Shown: piece by piece, positions 28,552 to 38,521 of the stretch | How positions within the stretch are numbered: the first letter of the stretch is position 1 | How the letters are laid out: each line of letters begins with the position of its first letter | Source: Clostridiales bacterium | GTDB taxonomy: Bacteria; Bacillota; Clostridia; Peptostreptococcales; Anaerovoracaceae | DNA length: 64,000 nucleotides | NCBI GenBank assembly: GCA_015258265.1 | Contig: JABZIP010000005.1 | Span: 11,521-75,520 of the forward strand | Reading direction: 5' to 3' | Made by a program: the position numbers and the translations under genes | Notes under the pieces: generated by a model | Database searches by the model: none | Told to the model about the DNA's origin: nothing | Seen by the model: only the letters and a program-made list of their open reading frames with translations

Positions 28552-28777
28552 TTTTGTTCCTCCTCAATATTTCATGTATTTTAGTTGTACTTTGTTAGCA
28601 TATGCTAACCACACGAAGGGAATTATATCATTAGCCATCGGCAACTGTCAATATTTTGAACACAAAAAAACATTAATTTTTTCGAAAGAACAATATGTGT
28701 ATTTACAAAAAATAAGGAGATACCGTAGTTTCTCCCTATTTTTAAATTTAATACCCTATATACCATAAAGCGGTCTA

Positions 28778-29644
28778 TTATTTACCTGCTAAAGTTCTGA
28801 TGTAATAAAAAAGATACTGCTGCGCTATTCCGCCGTTATCCCCAAAATGAGTTGCCGCATATTCATTCATCCCTTTTGTATCCTTCTCATCAAAGCCATA
28901 AACATCGTGCATCACGCGCTTCACCCAGACATCTATGGGAAACGCCTCAAATTTGCCGAGTCCAAATAACAATATGCAATCCGCTACCTTCGGTCCTATA
29001 CCGGAAAGTCCCAAAAGAAATTCACGTGCCGTTTTGTAATCCATTTCTCCTATTCGTGCAAATTCCTCGTGATTTCTTGCAAGCTGCGCACTTGTAACAG
29101 CTATGTACTCAGCCCTATATCCCAATTTCAGTATTTTTAAATCTTCGACACCGGCTTTTTGAAGTTCAAAAACTGTCGGAAACGCATAATGCGCTTCGCC
29201 ATTTTCACATACAATTCGCTCGCCGAATTTCTCTGCAATTGCGTTTATACATTTCTTTATTCGCGGTATATTGCTGTTTTGTGAAACTATAAACGAAATT
29301 ATCGTTTCAAATATGTCCTGTTTCAAAATTCGTATTCCCTCGCCATAGGAAATTGCTACAGCGAGTTTTTTGTCTTTCGCAGCAAGTTTTTCTTTAATCT
29401 TCCCATAATCTCTGCTAAGATCAAAATAACTTTCCCAAAATGCCCTATCTGCTACTGCATTTTTTGCCTCAATCGTAAGTACACCCGAGTAATTATCTCG
29501 GTTCTCAAGCGAAATATACGCGGCTTTGTTGGAAACTATCCCGAAATATCTACCGTCCGCCTGCCTTTCCCACCGAAAACACTGCCCACATTCAAATATT
29601 TGCACCAAGTCAAAGTCGCGGACCTGCAATTCTAATTTTTCCAT
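28778..29644 (-). CDS. ogg: 8-oxoguanine DNA glycosylase / AP lyase (Ogg family, HhH-GPD)
   Basis: 288 aa, HhH-GPD motif LSGIGPKVADCILLFGLG with catalytic Lys/Asp, Ogg N-domain. Confidence 0.75.
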   Translation of the reverse strand: MEKLELQVRDFDLVQIFECGQCFRWERQADGRYFGIVSNKAAYISLENRDNYSGVLTIEAKNAVADRAFWESYFDLSRDYGKIKEKLAAKDKKLAVAISYGEGIRILKQDIFETIISFIVSQNSNIPRIKKCINAIAEKFGERIVCENGEAHYAFPTVFELQKAGVEDLKILKLGYRAEYIAVTSAQLARNHEEFARIGEMDYKTAREFLLGLSGIGPKVADCILLFGLGKFEAFPIDVWVKRVMHDVYGFDEKDTKGMNEYAATHFGDNGGIAQQYLFYYIRTLAGK

Positions 29645-29645
29645 A

Positions 29646-30458
29646 CTATATCAGTCCTTTTATTTCTATATTTACGCACGCTATGTTAAATGCCGTAATG
29701 TCCTCAACTGCCCGTGCAATCTCACTTTGCAGCATTTCCGCCTGTTCTATTATGTTAAATCCATAAACCATATTTAGTATAACAGTAAGCTCTACTCCAT
29801 CTTTTGAATTGTTAGATATTACCGAAACGACTTCCGACACCGCACTGTTTTTCATACCCAGATACGACACCAAATCTCTAACTACTTTTTTCGAAACAAA
29901 AAAATCTCCAAGATAGCTATATGTCGGGCGCACAACCGTCCTCTCCGCCTGAATTGCCTTGTGCTTAGACAGTCCGAACCGCTTTACCATTCTAAGCGGA
30001 TGTAAAAAATATCCTGAAAAATCGTTTTTGAGCGACACCGCCGGCGCCGGTATTATGTGCTTTCCAAGCTCGTTTCGCTCCTTTTGTGCGATGTCCCTTT
30101 CCTTTTGCGTCGTAATGTCTTCTATATAGGTAGTTTCCTGTATTTCAGGTAGTCCAAGCCTACTTGCAATTTGCTCAACCATTCTATCGGATGTACCCAA
30201 AATCAGTATTGCCTCAGGATTTATTTCTTTAATTTTTTCAACTACCTGTCCTTGATGCTCATCTTTTGTAAAAAGTGCAGCCTTGATAGCTCCCAGCTTT
30301 GTTTGCTCCCTTTTTGCGGAGCTTCCTGCTATTACCTGACCTGCCAATATAAAAAGTCCGTCATCTATTATGGCATTTATATTTTTAGCAGCTGCAAGAC
30401 TCATCGCCCTGTAACTTTTACCTGTTCCACTTTTTCCTACTAAGGCATAAACTTTCAT
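29646..30458 (-). CDS. P-loop NTPase fused to Asp23/Gls24-family domain (function unknown)
   Basis: N-terminal VGKSGTGKS Walker A. C-terminal approximately 110 aa resemble the Asp23/DUF322 family (VILNMVYGFNI...). Confidence 0.5.
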   Translation of the reverse strand: MKVYALVGKSGTGKSYRAMSLAAAKNINAIIDDGLFILAGQVIAGSSAKREQTKLGAIKAALFTKDEHQGQVVEKIKEINPEAILILGTSDRMVEQIASRLGLPEIQETTYIEDITTQKERDIAQKERNELGKHIIPAPAVSLKNDFSGYFLHPLRMVKRFGLSKHKAIQAERTVVRPTYSYLGDFFVSKKVVRDLVSYLGMKNSAVSEVVSVISNNSKDGVELTVILNMVYGFNIIEQAEMLQSEIARAVEDITAFNIACVNIEIKGLI

Positions 30459-30525
30459 CTTTACTTATCCATTTCTTTTTGTTATACTATTAGTGAAATT
30501 TATAAATACGAAAGGAGATCTGACA

Positions 30526-30696
30526 ATGGCATATAAAATTATCGAAGATGCTTGCATCAACTGCGGAGCTTGTGAACCTGAATGTCCGGTTGAAGCTATC
30601 AAAGAAGATGGTGGAGTAAGAGTAATCAACGCTGATCTTTGCATCGATTGTGGCGCTTGCGCTGGTGTCTGTCCTACAGATGCTATCGAAGGTTAA
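30526..30696 (+). CDS. fdx: 2x[4Fe-4S] clostridial-type ferredoxin
   Basis: 56 aa with two CxxCxxCxxxCP motifs. AAGGAGA RBS 7 nt upstream of ATG. Confidence 0.9.
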   Translation: MAYKIIEDACINCGACEPECPVEAIKEDGGVRVINADLCIDCGACAGVCPTDAIEG

Positions 30697-30718
30697 TTCA
30701 CTTTCTAATATCAGTTAC

Positions 30719-30757
30719 TAAAAAAATAACCGTTTTTAATTACGGTTATTTTTTATT
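30719..30757. terminator. bidirectional rho-independent terminator (AATAACCGT-loop-ACGGTTATT flanked by A7/T7) serving fdx and rex
   Basis: Perfect 9-bp stem with A/T runs on both sides; overlaps the rex stop codon. Confidence 0.7.
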
Positions 30758-31393
30758 TCTCTTTTCGTGATTTTTATTTATATGGTATGCAAGCGAATGG
30801 AGCCCGTCACTCAAATGCACATTCTCAATCGCAACCGACACCGGCACTTCCAAATCAACCGGTGCAAAATTCCAAATACCTTTCACTCCGGCAAAAGTGA
30901 GCTTGTCGGCAACTTCTTGCGCAGCCTCCTTGGTTGTGCAAATAATTCCGATATCAATTTTATTATTCTCTACGTATTCAACTAAATTTTCATAATCTAA
31001 AACATTCTTATCGTTGATTTTCAAGCCTATCAATCTTGGATTTACCTCAAACAGGGCATCAACAACAAATCCGGCTTTGTAATAAGAGGTGTAATTCGCT
31101 ATGGCTTGACCAAGATTTCCTGCACCGACTATAACCATCTTATATTGCTTATCCAATCCCAATATAATGCTAATCTCCTGATGAAGCGCCTTAACATTAT
31201 AGCCATACCCCTGCTGACCGAATCCGCCGAATGTATTTAAATCCTGACGAATCTGAGAAGCGGTATATCCCATAAGTTCGCTTAATTCCCTCGAAGACAC
31301 TTTGTCTACGCCTTTTCGTGCAAGCTCGCTCAAATAGCGTCTATATCTCGGTAACCTCTTAATCACCGCATTTGATATTCTTGTTTTATTCAT
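30746..31393 (-). CDS. rex: redox-sensing transcriptional repressor Rex
   Basis: 215 aa, N-terminal winged helix (RLPRYRRYL), Rossmann GAGNLG NADH-binding motif. Confidence 0.9.
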   Translation of the reverse strand: MNKTRISNAVIKRLPRYRRYLSELARKGVDKVSSRELSELMGYTASQIRQDLNTFGGFGQQGYGYNVKALHQEISIILGLDKQYKMVIVGAGNLGQAIANYTSYYKAGFVVDALFEVNPRLIGLKINDKNVLDYENLVEYVENNKIDIGIICTTKEAAQEVADKLTFAGVKGIWNFAPVDLEVPVSVAIENVHLSDGLHSLAYHINKNHEKRNKK

Positions 31394-31629
31394 TACTTTA
31401 TCTTTTCTTCAACATATCTAACTATATCGCCGATAGATTCGAAATTGTCCGCAGCTTCTTCAGGAATTTCAATATCAAATTCGTCTTCAATAGTCATAAT
31501 TATTTCCACAGCCTCTATCGAATCCGCTTCCAAATCCTTCATCAAATGCGTGTCCATAGTTACCTGAGCCTCAGATACTCTAAGTTCTTCCATTATTATG
31601 TTTTTGATTTTATCGAATACCATATCCAA
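31393..31629 (-). CDS. acyl carrier protein (second copy, outside the fab cluster)
   Basis: 78 aa, LEADSIEAVE phosphopantetheine attachment motif. Confidence 0.75.
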   Translation of the reverse strand: MDMVFDKIKNIIMEELRVSEAQVTMDTHLMKDLEADSIEAVEIIMTIEDEFDIEIPEEAADNFESIGDIVRYVEEKIK

Positions 31630-31756
31630 CCTCCAAGTTTTTTAATCTCTAATTGTTACAGTCCCATTATAAAATAGACACGCAATATATGCAATATGAT
31701 TTTCAAATTTTTTAATTTTTTCTTATTTGCATTTTATGTAAAGTAAAGCCCGTTGC

Positions 31757-31785
31757 TTGACGAATCTGCCCGAAATTAGTACAAT
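31757..31785 (+). promoter_or_regulatory. sigma-A promoter TTGACG-17-TACAAT upstream of the addB-like gene
   Basis: Near-consensus -35/-10 with 17-nt spacer, 57 nt upstream of ATG at 31842. Confidence 0.55.
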
Positions 31786-31841
31786 AAACTCAATCAACAA
31801 CTACTTTTAATAATATATTATTTGATACAAAGTGAGGAATT

Positions 31842-34800
31842 ATGCTGAACATTTATCTGGTGCGAGAAAACATCGACAAAAACAAAGTCATATTCGAACA
31901 AATCAAAGAAACAAGCGGCAACAAAGTTCTAATCGTTCCCGACCAATACACCCTTGAATCCGAAAAAAACGCTTTCAAGTATTTGGGTAAATCTGCCGTT
32001 ATAGACCTTGAAATTCTCAGTCCTACGCGTTTAGGATACAAAATACTCAAAGAAACGGGAAAACCGAAAGAAATTTTGCTCGACAAATATGGCAGGCAGA
32101 TGCTCATTTATAACATAATTAAGCAAAATGTCGATAAACTTACACACTTTACTAAATTGGCAGGTAAATCCGGTTTTATAGAATTGGTTGACGAACAGAT
32201 TGGCGAATTTCAACAATATTACATAGATAGTGCAAAATTGGCAGAGCTTATCAAAACCGTTGACGACAAATCGGTTTTATACCAAAAACTTGCGGACCTT
32301 TTGACAATATACAGCGAATACGAATCACAAATAGCTAAGAAATACATAGATACTAAGGACATAAACGAAATTTTCATAGAGCGCGCCGAACAAAGCACCT
32401 CAATCGCAGGCACCGATTTTTGGATAAGCGAATATGACTATATGGCTCCTAAAAATTTAGAATTTATAGTGAGGCTCATCGCAAGAGGAAAATCTGTGAA
32501 CCTATTTTTGACCGGTGATATTGATAGCACTGCCCGCGACTACGAGCTTTTCGATATTACACGCAAATTCATTTACAAGCTGCAAAAGTCTTGCGACACG
32601 ATAGGTCAAAAATGTGTAATTTCGCAAATTTCAGACTCAATTTACGCTGTAACGGATAAATCTCATGCGCTCTCGATAATCGAAAAGGAAATTTTCTCAT
32701 ACCCGCCAATACCATATAGCTCCTCCGCAAGCGATATTGTTTTGCACCACACAAAAAACATATATACCGAAGCGGAAACTGCAGCCGTTTTCGTACGAAA
32801 TTTACTATCTGAATCAAACTACAAATTAAATGACATAGCCGTTATATGTAACGATATAGACAATATGGGCCCTGTTATAAAGCGCACATTTGAAGAATAT
32901 GGCATTAAGTGCTTTCTGGATAAAAATCGTGATGTTCTCCACAATTCGCTTATTTCACTGAATCTGACCTTAATGCAAGCTGCACAACCTAAACTCACAA
33001 CCGCCGCCGTTATCAGCTTCCTCAAAAGCGGATTTTCCGACCTATCCCGCGCGGACATCGAAAAACTTGAAAATTACGTTAGGAAGTACAAAATCAAAGG
33101 TAATATGTGGCTAAAGGAATTTTATAAAACTGATTTAAACGCCAAACTCGAACCTGAAATCGCTGAAATAAATGTGCTTCGAGATATGGCAATTTCACCG
33201 CTTATAAAATTTAGAGCCGCGATAAACTCCGTAAAATCGGCAAGGGAAAAAATCGAAATTCTCTATAATTTTTTGAAACTGGATCTTGGTGTACCGGACA
33301 AACTGAAAGCAAATATAAGAGAATACGAAAATATGGGATTGACGGAAATCGCACTGGAAAATTCTCAAATCTGGAATATTATCATCAATTTATACGAACA
33401 GCTTGCACTAATTCTAAAAGACGAAGAAGTCGAAAATGAGGTAATAGAAGAAATTTTAAAATCCGGATTTGCTTCTATCAAAATGGGTATGATTCCTTCC
33501 ACAAGCGATCAGGTACTAATCGGCAATATTCAGCGAAGCAGAATAGGGCAAATTCCCGTGTTGTTAATTCTTGCCGCAAACGACGGAATTTTACCCCTGT
33601 CGGCAACAAACGAAACTCTTATAAGTAACGACGAGAAAACCCAAATACTGAATGTAACAAATATTGAATTTGGAGAACTTGCACAAGCTAAAATTGCAGA
33701 AGAAAACCTTGCAATTTACCGCATGCTCGCCGCGCCTTTGCACAAGCTCTTCGTGAGTTACGAAGAATCAACGCTTGCAGGTGATAGCATGAAACCGGCT
33801 CAAATATTTTTGCGTCTAGCCGAAATATTTGCAAAGAATAGAATCAAAGGCGATATATACTCAAGTGGCGAAAATTTAAATCTTCTCTCTATTCCCACAA
33901 AAACAATGCTCCACATAGCTTCAAAGCTGCGTAATGACGACACCCTCACAGACGCTGAAACTGCCGCACTTTTTTGGTGCATTAAACACGAAAAAGACGT
34001 ATACGAAAAACTTGCATCTGCACTGAAATTCGAAGTAAAAGCCGCAAAGTTATCAAAAGATGATGCGCACAAGTTATATCTCGGTGATAAAATCAATATG
34101 CGTCTAAGCCCAAGCAGGCTGGAAAAATATGCAGCCTGCCCATTCGCTTATTTCCTAACATACGGAATAAAAGTAGCAGATATCTCCCCTTTTGCGCTTT
34201 CGGGCAGACATTTTGGAGATATATATCACAGTGTAGCACAAAAAATTTCAGAAAATTTAAATAGTGATAATATTCCTGTATCCAGTCCCGATTCAAGGTG
34301 GATGAATATTACGAGCGATGAATTGTCAGCTATAATTGACGAAACAATAGAGTTCGAAACTAAAAATTATCAAAACGGTTTTTTGTTCGATGAAGCTGAC
34401 GGTCCCTACAAAATCGAGCGAATAAGAAACGTTTGCTTACAAGTTATTTGTGCCGTAATCGCTCAAATACGTTCGGGACAAATAGAAAAAATGCTTTGCG
34501 AAACAACCTTCGGAAACAGCATTACTGCAACATTCCCTGCTATAAAGATAGATGCAAACATCCCTATAAGTATAGAAGGCAAAATAGATAGAGTCGATAT
34601 AATAAACGGCGCATGCGCAAAATATTGCAAAATCGTCGATTACAAATCAGGCTTCACAAAATTTGACAAAGACTCCGTACTCGCAGGCTTTCAACTGCAA
34701 CTGGCTATATACCTTAAAGCCGCTACATCGGGTTCGAAAGCGACAAAACCTGCCGGAATGTTTTATTTTCATTTCTCTGACAAAAGCATATCACTTCAGA

Positions 34801-35198
34801 GCGGTGCTACAAACGAATTATCCGATGATGATTTACTAAAAGAATACAAACTTGACGGAATCTTCCTAAACTCGGAGGAAATCGTAAATTCGCTTGATTC
34901 CGATTTCTCAAGATTTTCAAAAGTTGCAAGTATACAAAAGACCAAAGACGGAATAAAGAAAAACGATAAATATATGCTTGATGAAATCGAATTTGATGAT
35001 TTTCTAAGCTCTGTTAACGCTGTAATATCCAAGCTGTGCGAAAGATTGAGCGACGGCAATATCGAGATATACCCCGGCAAAACGGGAAACGGCGACGCTT
35101 GCGAATTTTGTCATTTCAATTCAATATGCAAATTTGACAAAGGTCTGCCAAACTGCACCTACCGTAAGTCGTGGTCATCGAACCAAACAAAAAAATAG
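31842..35198 (+). CDS. addB: ATP-dependent helicase/nuclease subunit B-like (AddB/RexB), PD-(D/E)XK nuclease with Fe-S Cys cluster
   Basis: 1118 aa. C-terminal RecB-type nuclease motifs (IVDYKSG, QLQLAIY) and Cys cluster (CPFAYF ... CEFCHFNSIC). N-terminus lacks Walker A (RexB-like). Confidence 0.75.
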   Translation: MLNIYLVRENIDKNKVIFEQIKETSGNKVLIVPDQYTLESEKNAFKYLGKSAVIDLEILSPTRLGYKILKETGKPKEILLDKYGRQMLIYNIIKQNVDKLTHFTKLAGKSGFIELVDEQIGEFQQYYIDSAKLAELIKTVDDKSVLYQKLADLLTIYSEYESQIAKKYIDTKDINEIFIERAEQSTSIAGTDFWISEYDYMAPKNLEFIVRLIARGKSVNLFLTGDIDSTARDYELFDITRKFIYKLQKSCDTIGQKCVISQISDSIYAVTDKSHALSIIEKEIFSYPPIPYSSSASDIVLHHTKNIYTEAETAAVFVRNLLSESNYKLNDIAVICNDIDNMGPVIKRTFEEYGIKCFLDKNRDVLHNSLISLNLTLMQAAQPKLTTAAVISFLKSGFSDLSRADIEKLENYVRKYKIKGNMWLKEFYKTDLNAKLEPEIAEINVLRDMAISPLIKFRAAINSVKSAREKIEILYNFLKLDLGVPDKLKANIREYENMGLTEIALENSQIWNIIINLYEQLALILKDEEVENEVIEEILKSGFASIKMGMIPSTSDQVLIGNIQRSRIGQIPVLLILAANDGILPLSATNETLISNDEKTQILNVTNIEFGELAQAKIAEENLAIYRMLAAPLHKLFVSYEESTLAGDSMKPAQIFLRLAEIFAKNRIKGDIYSSGENLNLLSIPTKTMLHIASKLRNDDTLTDAETAALFWCIKHEKDVYEKLASALKFEVKAAKLSKDDAHKLYLGDKINMRLSPSRLEKYAACPFAYFLTYGIKVADISPFALSGRHFGDIYHSVAQKISENLNSDNIPVSSPDSRWMNITSDELSAIIDETIEFETKNYQNGFLFDEADGPYKIERIRNVCLQVICAVIAQIRSGQIEKMLCETTFGNSITATFPAIKIDANIPISIEGKIDRVDIINGACAKYCKIVDYKSGFTKFDKDSVLAGFQLQLAIYLKAATSGSKATKPAGMFYFHFSDKSISLQSGATNELSDDDLLKEYKLDGIFLNSEEIVNSLDSDFSRFSKVASIQKTKDGIKKNDKYMLDEIEFDDFLSSVNAVISKLCERLSDGNIEIYPGKTGNGDACEFCHFNSICKFDKGLPNCTYRKSWSSNQTKK

Positions 35199-35208
35199 TA
35201 CAATCTCA

Positions 35209-35240
35209 AAAACGGGATGCAGAGCATTCCGTTTTTTATT
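35209..35240 (+). terminator. rho-independent terminator after addB (AACGGGATGC-AGA-GCATTCCGTT + T6)
   Basis: 10-bp stem with one G-U pair followed by TTTTTTATTT. Confidence 0.65.
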
Positions 35241-35333
35241 TCATATTTCTCAAAATCCTCTTGACAAATTCTATTTTAAGTATATAATTACATATATTGT
35301 AAAATAAATTCAAACATAATTTAGGAGAATTAA

Positions 35334-36047
35334 ATGCTTAACATACTGATATTTATAATGATGCCGCTTTCAATTTTGAGTATTTGCGCACAAATGTTTG
35401 AAATGCTGCCGTCTAAAATATTCTTGGATTTCGATGAAAACGAGCGACTTTTTGTGAAGCCTTATATAATGAAAAATAGTAATTACTGTATTGCTTGTCT
35501 AGGCTTTTTGCTTGCCTTTTTCGTAGCAATGTCTACACAATTTTGTTGTCCAAGCAGCCACTTCTCGCTGCAAATAGTGCAAAATATTATAATTTCAATT
35601 TTGCTTGGCCATATATTCATATCCGACTTTCTATTTCAAATAATCCCCGACGAACATTTACTGCTACTACTTATAGCAAATTTGGGGAATTTTTCTATGG
35701 CATCACTTGTAGGCGGATTGCTGGGATTTTTGCCGTTCTTTTCGCTTTCACTTCTATTTTACCTACTGCTCGGCACTTTGCCTGTCGGCTTTGGAGATAT
35801 CAAACTTCTGAGCGTGCTGGGCATGCTCGCAGGCCCTACCGCAATTCTTGCGGTGCAAGTACTTGCATGCACGCTCAGCGGAATATTCTGTGCGGCAATC
35901 GTACTGTCAAATAGCTTACGCAAAATGAAAAAAGACAAAGCCGATATAACTTTATACGGCTTTGTCCCCCTTGCTCCATTTATAATTTTTGCTTTCGGCA
36001 TAATCGTCGGATTGATGCCGAAAGCATACCTATATAACATTTTTTGA
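35334..36047 (+). CDS. A24-family prepilin peptidase (TadV/CpaA-like)
   Basis: 237 aa polytopic membrane protein with catalytic Asp motifs incl. GFGDIKLLSVLG. Likely processes the Flp pilin encoded at 14.4 kb. Confidence 0.75.
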   Translation: MLNILIFIMMPLSILSICAQMFEMLPSKIFLDFDENERLFVKPYIMKNSNYCIACLGFLLAFFVAMSTQFCCPSSHFSLQIVQNIIISILLGHIFISDFLFQIIPDEHLLLLLIANLGNFSMASLVGGLLGFLPFFSLSLLFYLLLGTLPVGFGDIKLLSVLGMLAGPTAILAVQVLACTLSGIFCAAIVLSNSLRKMKKDKADITLYGFVPLAPFIIFAFGIIVGLMPKAYLYNIF

Positions 36048-36773
36048 ATGTCTTTGCCTTGCGGCTTCGCTCATTATGATTGCCGCTGCATTCGAAGCAT
36101 TAAGCGAATTGATGCTGCCATACATAGGAATCGAAATCACAAAATCGCATTTTTCCTTAATTAAACGCCCTATACCTTTGCCCTCATTTCCGACAACTAT
36201 GGCTATATTACCCGATAAATCTTCATCGTAATACGCTTTTGCTCCCATATCGGAAGCATATATCCAGACACCTTTTGCTTTCAGCTCGTCAATAGTAGCG
36301 CTCAAGTTTGCCACGCGCACGCACAGCAGATATTCGGATGCCCCTGCTGCTGTTTTGCACACCACTTCGTTTACTTGTGCAGCTCGGCGCTTCGGTATGA
36401 TTATTCCATGTGCGCCGAGCGCGTGCGCGCTTCGCATTATCGCACCCAGATTATGCGGATCTTCGATTTCATCCAAAATCACTACAAACAGCGGTTCTTT
36501 CTTGCTTCTCGCAAGTTCGAAAACATCATCAAGCTCTGCATACTCAAACTCCGAGGTATATGCTATGACACCTTGATGATTTTTACCTTCCGCTTTTTTA
36601 TCGAGCGCAGCCTTGTCAAGCATAGCAACGGGTATATTTCTATCTCTTGCGATTGCAAAAATCTTTTTCGCAGAACCCTCCGCACTTTTCAGCATCAAAA
36701 TCTTTTCAATTTGCTTGCCGGAATTGAGTGCTTCTTCCACAGGCTTCCTTCCAATCAACAAATTTGAAGCCAT
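36030..36773 (-). CDS. rlmB: 23S rRNA (guanosine-2'-O)-methyltransferase RlmB (SpoU/TrmH family)
   Basis: 247 aa, SpoU motifs ILDEIEDPHNLGAIMRSA and IVVGNEGKGI. Confidence 0.85.
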   Translation of the reverse strand: MASNLLIGRKPVEEALNSGKQIEKILMLKSAEGSAKKIFAIARDRNIPVAMLDKAALDKKAEGKNHQGVIAYTSEFEYAELDDVFELARSKKEPLFVVILDEIEDPHNLGAIMRSAHALGAHGIIIPKRRAAQVNEVVCKTAAGASEYLLCVRVANLSATIDELKAKGVWIYASDMGAKAYYDEDLSGNIAIVVGNEGKGIGRLIKEKCDFVISIPMYGSINSLNASNAAAIIMSEAARQRHSKNVI

Positions 36774-36774
36774 A

Positions 36775-37257
36775 CTACCTCCTAAAATGAGTGAACCTGT
36801 AATTCACTCCGTTCTCCGTAATCATTTCACTTTCCCAGACCTTTTTAACTCCGGGAATCTTAGGTATATCCGTAATAAATTTATCCGCACCAAAATCAGC
36901 ATACATAAATGTCAAATAAAAGTCCGTACATTCAGGAATCATATCGTTATATACCTTTGCACCGCCTATTATAAAAACATCGTTTGTATCGTACTTCTTT
37001 AATTCAGCATCAAGTTCTTCCCTATTTTTACACACTGTATAGCCTTCGGCTTCGGCAAGGCTTTCACTTAACACTATATTCGTTCTGTTTGGCAGAGGCT
37101 TTCCTCCCGGTAATGATTCTAACGTCTTTCGTCCCATTACCACCACCTTTCCCTGAGTTTTCTCTTTGAAATACTTCAAATCGTTTGAAAGGTGCGTAAG
37201 CAAGCCTCCATTTTTGCCTATTCCACATTTTTCATCGACTGCCACTATTAAATTCAT
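36775..37257 (-). CDS. folA: dihydrofolate reductase
   Basis: 160 aa, MNLIVAVDEKCGIGKNGGL...GRKT motif. Confidence 0.88.
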   Translation of the reverse strand: MNLIVAVDEKCGIGKNGGLLTHLSNDLKYFKEKTQGKVVVMGRKTLESLPGGKPLPNRTNIVLSESLAEAEGYTVCKNREELDAELKKYDTNDVFIIGGAKVYNDMIPECTDFYLTFMYADFGADKFITDIPKIPGVKKVWESEMITENGVNYRFTHFRR

Positions 37258-37269
37258 ACATTCACCTCA

Positions 37270-38100
37270 TTAAATAGCAACAGGTATATTCTTTACCTGC
37301 GGATTTTTCTCATAGTTTTCAATTATTACATCGTCAACTGTAAAGTCGTAAAAATCCTTTACATCCGGATTTAACTTGAATGTTGCCGCCGGATATTGCG
37401 GCCTTGTGATAAGTTCCTTTACAATCTCAACATGTCTGTCGTAAATATGCGCATCCGATATTACATGAATAAGCTCGCCCGCCTCAAAACCGCTAACTTG
37501 CGCGAGCATATGCAAAAGTACCGAGTATTGAACCACATTCCAGTTATTTGCAGTCAATATGTCTTGCGACCTCTGATTTAGTATTCCGTTGAGAGTATTT
37601 CCGGTAACATTAAATGTCATACTGTATGCGCACGGCTCCAAATTCATCTCCGTTAAATCCGCAAAATTAAATATATTCGTGAGTATGCGTCTTGAATACG
37701 GAGTGTTTTTCAGCTGCCAAATTACATTGTCCACCTGATCCATCTCTCCTTGGGTAAACTTGTATTTTTTACCAAGCTGATATCCGTAAGCCTTGCCTAT
37801 TGTTCCGTCTGCTCCTGCCCACGAATCCCAAATATGGCTGTTCAAATCGGATATTCGATTCGATTTTTTTTGCCAAATCCACAGCATTTCATCCACGCAT
37901 GAACGAACAGCCGTAGGCCTTAGCGTTAGGAGAGGAAATTCCTCTTTCAAATTGTACCTGTTAACAATTCCGAACATTTTAATCGTATGCGCTTCCGTTC
38001 CGTCTTCCCAACGGGCTCTTACAGTTTGGCCCTCTGACGAATAACCGTTTTCCAATATATTTTTGCACATATTCACAAATATTCCGTCTGCTTTACTCAT
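37270..38100 (-). CDS. thyA: thymidylate synthase
   Basis: 276 aa, ThyA signature including catalytic Cys region (LEPCAYSMTFNV) and RSxD motifs. Confidence 0.9.
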   Translation of the reverse strand: MSKADGIFVNMCKNILENGYSSEGQTVRARWEDGTEAHTIKMFGIVNRYNLKEEFPLLTLRPTAVRSCVDEMLWIWQKKSNRISDLNSHIWDSWAGADGTIGKAYGYQLGKKYKFTQGEMDQVDNVIWQLKNTPYSRRILTNIFNFADLTEMNLEPCAYSMTFNVTGNTLNGILNQRSQDILTANNWNVVQYSVLLHMLAQVSGFEAGELIHVISDAHIYDRHVEIVKELITRPQYPAATFKLNPDVKDFYDFTVDDVIIENYEKNPQVKNIPVAI

Positions 38101-38521
38101 GCCTTGTCCTCATTTCTATTTTTTTCGCTTCAAACCCGCTATCAATTATATTTACAGCATCGTCTATTACTTCGGAAAGTCTTTCGTCTTTCGACAAATA
38201 CAAATAACCGATATACGCCTCAAACGCCGTAGCAAGTTTATAAACCATAGGATTTAAATTTTGCGGTTTTGATGTTATCTTGTGATTTCTCGCTCTTTTG
38301 ACTAAATGTAGCTCAACCTCAGGTAGCTTCTTCATGATCTCTTTGACAGCATATGCTTGAGATTCCGCCTTTACATACCTTACACTCAACTTGTTTTGCA
38401 AATCCATGCTGCGCGTTTTAACATCCAAGAACCGTTCCCTTATGTATAGTTCGTATACCGCATCCCCTATATACGCCAATTTAGAAACATCCATCATTCT
38501 GATTTTTTCTTGGTTATTCAC
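38093..38521 (-). CDS. mrnC: Mini-ribonuclease 3 (Mini-III)
   Basis: 142 aa, RNase III catalytic motif [13 protein letters not shown], lacks dsRBD. Confidence 0.85.
   Translation of the reverse strand: MNNQEKIRMMDVSKLAYIGDAVYELYIRERFLDVKTRSMDLQNKLSVRYVKAESQAYAVKEIMKKLPEVELHLVKRARNHKITSKPQNLNPMVYKLATAFEAYIGYLYLSKDERLSEVIDDAVNIIDSGFEAKKIEMRTRHE

Noticed and set aside
28700-28777. Possible terminator hairpin downstream of ogg (GGAGATACCGTAGTTTCTCC)
   Set aside because: The stem is only 5-6 bp with mismatches, which is not convincing. It was left unannotated.
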